DNA of 64,000 nucleotides from the human T2T-CHM13v2.0 reference genome, Homo sapiens: NCBI RefSeq assembly GCF_009914755.1, contig NC_060930.1; one strand, 5' to 3'. Shown piece by piece: positions 55,357 to 64,000 of this stretch (position 1 is its first letter; each line of letters starts with the position of its first letter). The notes under the pieces were generated by a model. It saw only the letters and a program-made list of their open reading frames with translations, ran no database searches and was not told where the DNA came from. The position numbers and the translations under genes were made by a program.

Positions 55357-56313
55357 CTATCCTTAATCATTTTAGTGCATTAACATTCAGGATATTAACA
55401 AGGTTAAAGTAGAAATTAGTATCAAATTTTGTGACTGTTAATATTCTTTAAACTAATCTATACCTTTGGAAATCAGAATAGTAGTTATCTGGAAGGCACA
55501 GCCAGAATATGGGAGGTGCCAAAGAGGGATTCTGTTTTCTGATATTAATTCATTCTTTGATCTGGGTCTGGATACACAGATGTAAATCATTAATCTGTGT
55601 GATCATCTGCTGTTCACTTTTCTGTGTGTACATATTACTTTACTAGTAAGTTTATATATATAAAAAAATGTTCCTTTGCAGCCACTTTTCCAAACAGAAG
55701 TTAAAATGATAGAGAAAATTAGATTTCTTATTCAAGTTAGATTATTCTGGGATATTTTAATAAAATAAAGGCAATAAGCTCTATGAAAGATAAAGTAATA
55801 TGGACAATACAATATTAAATGTCAACTGAACTGCTGCATTATTCTCTTTTTAATTTTTAAAAAGGAGAAGGCTGGCATGAAAACAACCAGTGCTTGAGGA
55901 TAACTTTATAATTTATGACCTTGTGCAAGATTATTGTCTGCTAAGTCTTTCTTAAAATAGATGCAAATATATGAAACAATTTTAAGAAAGATTTTTTAGT
56001 CAGTAATATTCTTTGTTAAGTGTGATTATATAATCATATTATTCTAAATAATTATATTATTTCATAATTTACAATGTTTTATATATAATATAATTAGAAA
56101 TATAATATACTTAGATGTAATATTGTAAATAATTAGGATAACCGATCGTTATTATTACTTGTTGACAAAACTCAATTTTGGAATCTTTCTACTTTCTTCA
56201 ATATTGACAGAATGTCTCATATTAACTTTTGAAAATGATTTATTAATTAATTTTGAAGACTGCACAACTACATTAAGCCCTCTTAATCAAAATATTTTAA
56301 AAATGTTAAGCTA

Positions 56314-56591
56314 TTTTTTTTGAGACAGTCTCATTCTGTTGCCCAATAGTACAATCATAGCTCACTGAAGCCTCAAGTGCCTGTGCTTAAGCCATCCTAG
56401 TGCCTCAGCCTCCTAAGTAGGTAGAATTACAGGCATGCACCACCACACCTGGCTAATTTTGAAAAATTTTTTGTAGAGATGGGGTCTCACTATATTGCGC
56501 TGGCTGGGCTTGAACTCCTGGCATCAAGAAATCCTCCTACTTCGGCCTTCCAAAATGCTGGAATTAAAAGTATGAGTCGCTACACCTGGTC
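56314..56591 (-). mobile_element. AluJ (diverged)
   Basis: ATCATAGCTCACTGAAGCCTC, GTAGAGATGGGGTCTCACTAT. Confidence 0.88.
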
Positions 56592-56803
56592 AAAGCTGAT
56601 GATAATATATTGAACTATTAATAACTTGATGGCAAATATCTTTATATGTTTATAATGTGTAAAAATTTAATGAAGAAAATGTGACTTGTTTGGGGTAACC
56701 ATGATAAAAGAACAATTCAAATGCCTCACATTATATTATGATTTCTTTTTTTATCTCAGCTTTATTGAGGCATAATTGAGTTATAAAAATTTTATATATT
56801 TAT

Positions 56804-57198
<395 letters not shown>

Positions 57199-57211
57199 CT
57201 AACATAGTCAC

Positions 57212-57802
57212 AGTAGGGGCCAAGGCCCTTGGCCCCTGGGGGCTCACTGAAAATGTCGGACGTGGCAGATTGATTAACACGAGAAAAGGCATCCAAATTT
57301 ATTTAATATGTATATTAAAGCATTCAGAATAAAGACCCAAATTCCTAATGAGGTACAGAAAATTATATGTCATCTCAAGGTTACAGAAAGAATGAAGGCT
57401 TGGATCCTGGTAAAACAGGTTATGAGAGATGGGGGAGGAGAAATTCTATTGAGGGGCATAACTGATTACTAAAAAGAGTGATTGGATCTGGAACAGAAAT
57501 TAACATGTGAATAGTTCTCTCTGGAATGTAAATGATCCTTGGAGACAGTAATTATCTTGAAAAAGGGTCTGTTCAGGTATGGTTACATTTTTGGTCTTCT
57601 TTCCTGTCCTGGATAATGAAATAACAGGTAGAACAGGAATAATAACAAGAACAATGTTCTCATTCCCCTTGGTGGGTCATCCTATCTTCATGTAGATGGG
57701 AAAGTCTCTTCCAGAGCCTGTTGATCTGTAAGAATTTTTAATTTAAAATAGCCATTACTCCAGAGAGCCACATTTTGGGGTAAAATGTTATAATTTCCTT
57801 CA
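57212..57802 (-). mobile_element. ERV1 solo LTR (MER39-like)
   Basis: GTAGGGGCCAAGG..GAGAAAAGGCATCCAAATTTATT..GGTTACAGAAAGAATG..; TSD T(C/T)AC. Confidence 0.75.
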
Positions 57803-58149
57803 TTACCGTTTGTGTGTGTGTGTGTGGTAAGAACATGTAAGATCTATTCTCTTGGCAAATTTGAAGTATACAATAGAGTGTTATTAACCATAGCCCACCG
57901 TGCTGTATTAGAGCTTCAGAATTATTGATCCTGCATAACCAAAAGTTTATACCCTTTGACTAACATCTTCCCATTTCCCTCTCCTCCAGCTCCATATCCC
58001 TTCCCCTAGCCTCTTCCCTCCCCAACCCGAACCCACCATTTTTCTCTCTGCTTCTGTGAGTTTGATTTCTTTAGTTTCCACATACAAGTGAGATCATGTA
58101 GCATTTGTCTTTTTGTGCCTGGCTTATTTCACTTACCATAACATCTTAT

Positions 58150-58733
58150 TGAAAGTGCCCCTATAAACTTTATAAAATTAATCAGGGAAAGAGAAAGGGA
58201 GAAATAAAAGTAAATCATTTTTGCAGCACATTCAGTATAAATCATTAAGTCAGTTTACTCTCTGACCTGCTTGGTTTGGTGCCTATTGTCCTAGAATCAT
58301 GTAGACTGTGTTGCAAGATTATAATTCTCCTTAACTGCTCTATAGATAATAACTTGAACACTTTGAAATGTTAAATTTTCTCTTTGAGTTATTCCTTCAG
58401 GTCCTGCATACTGATGAAAGTACTGACATCAGCTGGTCAAAATGATCCTGCAAGAAGCCAGCTCACCAAAGAATGCAGTTTCTGTATCCTGATGATTTCA
58501 CCCTCCTTACACTGACAATCAATGACTTCAATTTTCCAGCCCCTGACATTCCATGATCTCCTTAAAAAACCCAACCTAGAACTTTTTGGGGAGATGAATT
58601 TGAGGAGCTCCTCCTCTCTCCTCATTCAGTGTCCTGCAATCATTAAACTCTTTCTCTGCTGCAAACTTTGCTGTCTCAGCTTAATGGATATGTTATTGCA
58701 CAGCAGGCATACGAACCTGTTGTTCCTATAACA
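58150..58733 (+). mobile_element. ERV1 solo LTR (LTR26-like)
   Basis: TGAAAGTGCCCCTATAAACTTTATAAAATTAATCAGGGAA..ATTAAACTCTTTCTCTGCTGCAA..ATAACA; TSD (T/C)TAT. Confidence 0.8.
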
Positions 58734-58849
58734 CTATGATTCCTATCCATCAATCAATCATATTTATATTTTAAAAATAGAACCAACTCTTGCTTGAGGG
58801 ACTTCAAGACAGAAATATCAGGGAGTTCCATATGATAAAAAAAAATGCA

Positions 58850-60880
58850 TGCATTCCTTGTTCCAGCCATTCATTACTTTCTCACCTGAAATATACATTG
58901 AACATTTTTTTTCCAAACTAAATTCCTAAAATTGTCTATCTACATCAAAAACCCTCCCTAAGATAGGGTTTTACAGAGCAAATCACTTTGCAGAGGAACA
59001 TCAGAACATGTGTTTCCTATCGCCATGATAACAAATACTTACAGAAGAGCCAATGAAAAGCTATAGTAATTCAAGTGAAGTGGAGATTTTGAGTAAATGT
59101 CTAGATTGCTCATTCACAGCTCTGGGCTGAGTAGAGTTATCAGCCAATAAAAACTTACTGCCTGGTTTCTTTGCTTTGTCATTCCATGTACCTATAGCAG
59201 TGTTAAGCTTCCCCTCTGTGCTGGACAAGCAGGTTTCACTGTAGTAGTCACTGCAGTGCATGCCTGGAAAGCCCATCTAGGGCGTATACACCAAACTGCT
59301 AGCAAAATAGGGCTGGATTGGAATTAGAAGCTTGATTTTTTTTTTTTTTTTTTTTTTTTTGTCCAGGGAAGGAAACAGTACACAGCCTAGAAGTTTTTTC
59401 ATCTTCATTTAAAAATACAGATAAAATTTAGCTGCTAGAGCATTGCTCAATCCCCCACCATCTCAATGAATTCATACTGTGTAAATATTGTGATCTTAAT
59501 AAATAAATACCGAAGCACAGCTGGCGCCTGTAAGATATCACTGTTGGGTTGCTGTGGCCCTGTTATCACCAGAGGGTGTTGCTAATTATTCTCGGAATTG
59601 AGGCCCTGGCATTCTAGGGGAAAGGAAAGCAGAGGAAAGTCAACAGAGGTTGAAACAAAAATAAAACATTGTTTGTTTCAGTCCATAGCAAGGGCATTCT
59701 ACCCTTGTGAAAATCAGAAACACATATAGTATAGGTATGCAACTGTCTTTTCTCTGTAAAAATGATTCAACAACACTATTTATTTCAGCCCTTGATTGCA
59801 TTCCAGCTGATTAAAATTCACACCACTTGTTTGTAAGGGCAAGAGGAGATAATTGGGGTGTTCAAAGGACAGCGCAGGAGAACCTGGATGTTTTAAATGA
59901 ATGAGTTTACCAAGAGAAAGAATGTTTTTTTCTTCCCCCTTGCTTTCCTGGCAGGTGTGTTAATGACCTAGCTTTGCACATTGCACACACAAGAGGTTCA
60001 TTGCGTGTATCTGTCTTGACTTGAGAAAGCAGATGCTGTTTAGACATATGTCAAGTGGAAAAGAAGCTGCATATGAATTGCTATGTTCTTCTTTTGAAAA
60101 TGCCATGGTTAATTTTTAATTGCTGGTAGCAAGGTAGACCTGATGACCACAGCATTCCACTCAGATAGAGTTTGTGCTGGCTCATCAGATTATTGCTGCC
60201 TCTCAACTAATTTATTTGACTTTGAGCCCAACAGTAAGCAGAGAGTACTGTTAAAGAGCTTCTGGCACTGTGGTGTTGTGTTAAAGAACCTGTTCTCATT
60301 TACTGCTCTCAGCATTTCATTGAACAACAGGGAGGTGTGGCTTCAGAAAATACAAATTACCATAAGTAGAAATCAGGTTCTTTCTTTTAGTTCTTCCCAC
60401 ATCTCTTTTCTAGTCTTCCTCTTGGCAACCCTCTTCCACCATTGTTAAAAAGATTTAGAGTCTAAGACAAGATGATTTGGAGCCAGTTGTTCCTGTGATT
60501 CTCAATGAGGCATCTCTGTCCCCTACAATCTATTACAAGGCCTGAGACTGTTGGCAATCCCCTGCTGCTTTATTCAAGAATGCCTCAACTGGCGGCATTC
60601 TGGAGCTTTTCTAGCCCAGGGAAGAAAAATGTTCAATACTTACTGAAAGTGTGGAGAGATTTTTGTCCAGCAATGTATGCTTAAAAGACACTCGAATTGT
60701 TTCATAGTTCTTATTCTTGCCTAGATTGTTTAGCCAAAATCATTCTCCATGTGATTGTGTATTCCAAATAAATTCATAAACCAGATAATAAAGCTATTAA
60801 TGCCTGAAAGAGATTGCATTTGTTTTGACTAATTCTATCTAAATGTTGTTTCTACAGTTGCCTGCTTGAGTCACTATATT
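58850..60880. promoter_or_regulatory. Candidate enhancer in repeat-poor DNA (TEAD/MCAT-like cluster plus AP-1)
   Basis: Seven GCATTC(C/T) motifs in ~1.75 kb plus TGAGTCA at 60867; motif evidence only. Confidence 0.3.
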
Positions 60881-61499
60881 AGCAAAGTGATATTCATTTC
60901 AATTAAACAGGGAAAGCAGCACTCTCAGAACTAGCATCTTGCATGATTTTCAGGCATAACAAACACTGATGTCAGGGGGACAATTCAAAAAAAGGCAGCC
61001 AACATCATTAACTTAATGAAATTATGATCACAATATGTGATATTTTGACAAGGCCAACAGTATTTCTAAATCAGATCTCAAATGGACCAAACTATTGTCG
61101 CTAAAATTTAAATTATAGACCTTCCACCTCACTTCTCCCAACTCTCAATTTGATCTTGACTTACTCTTCTTTCAGGTTCACTTCCTTGGCTCTATTACCC
61201 TGACTTTAATCCCAACCTTTGGTTCCTCTGAACTGCACTCTTCCTAATTCTCAATAGCATTTGTTTGTTTATTTCTTATTTCAGTTGTTGTTGTCTTAAA
61301 TTGATTTTCTGGACTCTAATTCCTCTCTCAGTCAGAACTCTCTGAGTCCGTCTGAGCCATAGGGAATCCAATATTTGATCATATTTCTAATTTTGTTATT
61401 AGTAGCCAGTACAACCTTGACTGTGGGAAGTAGTAATTTTGGAAATTTAGATGTATTCTAGTTCAAATGTTTTCCAACACAGGCATCACATATAAAATT

Positions 61500-61900
61500 G
61501 ACCCACTAATTACCCCAATAAGTCTCTGCGTTAAGTGCCTGCAAAGATAGAAATGCCATTACTTTCCAAATGCAACTCATATCATTTTGGAAAACCCTCA
61601 TTATAGCAAATCCTTATTTATCTCGAGCCACTATCTTTCTCCCCGATGGTCCTCTACTCCAGCGACATGAAATCAACGTGAGGTTTCTTTGAATTAATCA
61701 TCCTTCAACTATTAGAAAAGTATTTTGTTTCCATAAAACTATTTTCTTTCTAGGAAAACATCCTTACATTTTCAATAATTCTTCAAGTAATTTAATATTA
61801 AATTTCCTCTCCTCATCACTCTACAAATATTTCAGTTCATTAGCTTCCTTCTTAAAATTCAATTCCCAAAGTAAACACAATTAGAACGAACTGAGTATCC
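61500..61900 (-). mobile_element. Degenerate L3/CR1 fragment
   Basis: CATTACTTTCCAA..CATTTTGGAAAACCCTCATTATAGCAAAT..TTTTCTTTCTAGGAAAACA..TCCTTCTTAAAAT..CCCAAAGTAAACACAAT resembles antisense CR1. Confidence 0.5.
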
Positions 61901-62959
61901 TTTTAAGAATTCTTAGTGTCAAGTATGCTTAGCATATAAAAGAAAAATATTTCAGGAAATAGGTGTTGGGATGCAGAAAGAAGACATGGCAATCTACTTG
62001 TTCTGACAGACCATCTGCTTGTTCTATAATCTCAATCTCAGGTAAAATCTTCAAAAACATCATTCATATCTATGTAAGTGGATTGCCGTAAGAATTAGAA
62101 ATTACAGGTAGTAGTAATTAGTTTTATATTAGGTACGTAGTAATGATGAAGATGTTGATAGCACAATTATCTCCTTTTGTTTTGAATCAAATATTTTTGA
62201 CATTGATGTCTAATATCCAATTAGAGATTTTTGTTCCTTTGTCGTTTTGTTATATTTTTTTAGCACTCATGTTGTATGAGATCAGAGAAGAGACTTCGTA
62301 ACTTTCTGGATTCACAGAACCCTCAGTCTCTCAATATTTTTTTCACACTGATTACAGGACAAAAAAAAAACCCCAAAAAGCTAACAGTTATGTTTAGTAA
62401 GTAGAAAGGTCCAAACAACAATTATTTTTGTTCTAAGAACACAGTATCCATTTGAAAAAATAATAGACCTGAATTGAAAAAAATACATACTTATTTTATT
62501 TTTAAATAACCAAAATTACTTACTAGTGGGATGAATGCACAAGTTGGGCACTGTACAACTTTTCAAACGTTGGAGAGTACCACCCTCATTTCCTATAGTA
62601 CTTGCTATAGATCACAGCAAAAATTTAAATCCCACCTTTGTAAATATGACATTTTCAAAATGAATGTAGAAAAATCTAATGTCTAGTGGTTTGTATGATA
62701 TATCTGTGGTTTCCCCTGAACATTTAAAATATCCTGTGACATCTCCATGAATTTCTTTGTTAGAAAGGTCACAGACAGGTACAGAATTACAGGGATTATA
62801 TTTGCGAGTTTTTGTTTGGGGACAGGAAGGAGAGCTTAAGAATCATAGGCATGAAGTTTACTAACATAGCCAGTTTGTTTTTTAATGTATTAGCTTTGAT
62901 GAACACCAATCATCCCTGCAGAGATTTGTAATATGAACATAAGAATTTCATCACCCCAC

Positions 62960-64000
62960 TGAGAGGTGACAAAGTGCTAGCAGCCCTCCCTCGCTCTTGC
63001 GCCTCCTCGGCCTCGGCGTTCGCTCTGGCTTCGCTCAAGGAGCCCTTCAGCCCGCTGCTGTGCTGTGGGGGCCTTTCTCAGGGGCTGGCCGAGGCCAGAG
63101 CTGGCTCTGCTCGAGGGGAGGTGTGGAGGGAGAGGCACGGGCGGGAGCTGGGGTTGCAAGCGGCACTCATGGGCCACTGCGGGTTCCAAGTGAGCGCGGG
63201 CTGGGCAAGCCCTACACTAGGAGCCACCGGCCAGCGCCTGCTGGGCTTGATCAGGGGAAGAGCTCCCTCTGGGCTGCCAGAGTGCCCGGGCTAGGTGCTG
63301 CAAAGTCCCACAGCCAGTGCCATTGAGAGGTGAAGCCGACTGGGCTTCTGGATGCAGTGGGGATGTGGAGAACTTTTCTGTCCAGCTAAAGGATTGTAAA
63401 TGCACCAATCAGCACTGTGTCTAGCAAGAGGTGTGTAAACGCACCAATCAGCACTCTGTGTCTAGCTAAAGGTTTGTAAACGCACCAATCAGCGCTCTGG
63501 GTCTAGCTAATCTGGTGGGGACTTGGAGAACTTTTGTGTCTAGCTAAATGTCGGATGGGGACTTGGAGAACTTTTGTGTCCAGCTGAAGGATTGTAAACG
63601 CACCAGTCAGCACTCTGTGTCTAGCTAAGGGTTTGTAAATGCACCAGTCAGTGCTCTGTGTCTAGCTAATCTGGTGGAGACTTGGAGAAGTTTTGTGTCT
63701 AGCTAAAGGATTATAAACGCACCAATCAGCACTCTGTCAAAACGGACCAATCAGCTCTCTGTAAAATGGACCAATCAGCAGGAGGTTGGTGGGGCCAGAT
63801 AAGGGAATAAAAGCAGGCCACCCCAGCCAGCAGCGACAGCCCACTCAGGTCCCCTTCCATGCTGCGAAAGCTTTGTTCTTTTGCTCTTGGCAATAAATCT
63901 TGCTGCTGCTCATTCTTTGGGTCCACACTGCCTTTATGAGCTGTAACACTCATTGCGAAGGTCTGCAGCTTCACTCCTGAAGTCAGCGAGACCACAAACC
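62960..64000 (+). mobile_element. LTR12 (ERV9 LTR), runs off the window end
   Basis: TGAGAGGTGAC start, GC-rich U3, tandem GCACCAATCAGCACTCTGTGTCTAGCTAA repeats, GATAAGGGAATAAAAGCAGGC, GAGCTGTAACACTCA..GAAGGTCTGCAGCTTCACTCCTGAAG. Confidence 0.95.
63400..63816 (+). promoter_or_regulatory. LTR12 U3 promoter: CCAAT (NF-Y) array, GATA site, TATA-like AATAAAA
   Basis: Intact CCAAT at 63405, 63444, 63485, 63722, 63747 and 63771; two CCAGT variants; AGATAA ~63797 and GAATAAAAG ~63804. Confidence 0.75.

Noticed and set aside
63370-63780. Repeat-spacer-like array that could be mistaken for CRISPR
   Set aside because: These are LTR12 U3 tandem repeats with non-unique spacers, in a primate genome with no cas genes.
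62974-63995. Overlapping GC-rich ORFs and a CpG-island-like stretch
   Set aside because: Entirely inside the LTR12 U3; long frames reflect GC content.

Overview
AT-rich, repeat-dense primate genomic DNA, almost certainly human (it carries an AluYa5 with all five diagnostic bases). I see no credible protein-coding gene. The listed ORFs are chance frames in Alu, L1, LTR, DNA-transposon or low-complexity sequence, except one recognisable remnant of a piggyBac (PGBD4-type) transposase N-terminus inside a MER75. The most unusual element is a ~1.07-kb nuclear copy of a mitochondrial control region (NUMT, ~15290-16365, minus strand) that splits an AluJ. It keeps CSB1-3 and the central domain, carries a 4 x 14-bp repeat between CSB1 and CSB2 that human mtDNA lacks, retains many CpGs, and has a hairpin-plus-duplication repair scar at its right junction. 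Other notable items are a probable SVA2 element, an Alu inserted in the centre of a MADE1, a near full-length ancient L1 with nested insertions, a deleted ERV1 provirus with an env TM remnant, a possible mRNA-3'end/L1 chimera between oppositely oriented Tigger2 halves, several templated-insertion scars, a TEAD/AP-1 motif cluster in repeat-poor DNA, and an LTR12 promoter at the right edge. I found no evidence of a new multi-gene system. Repeat subfamily names come from recalled consensus sequences and need RepeatMasker/Dfam confirmation. Boundaries of old repeats are approximate.
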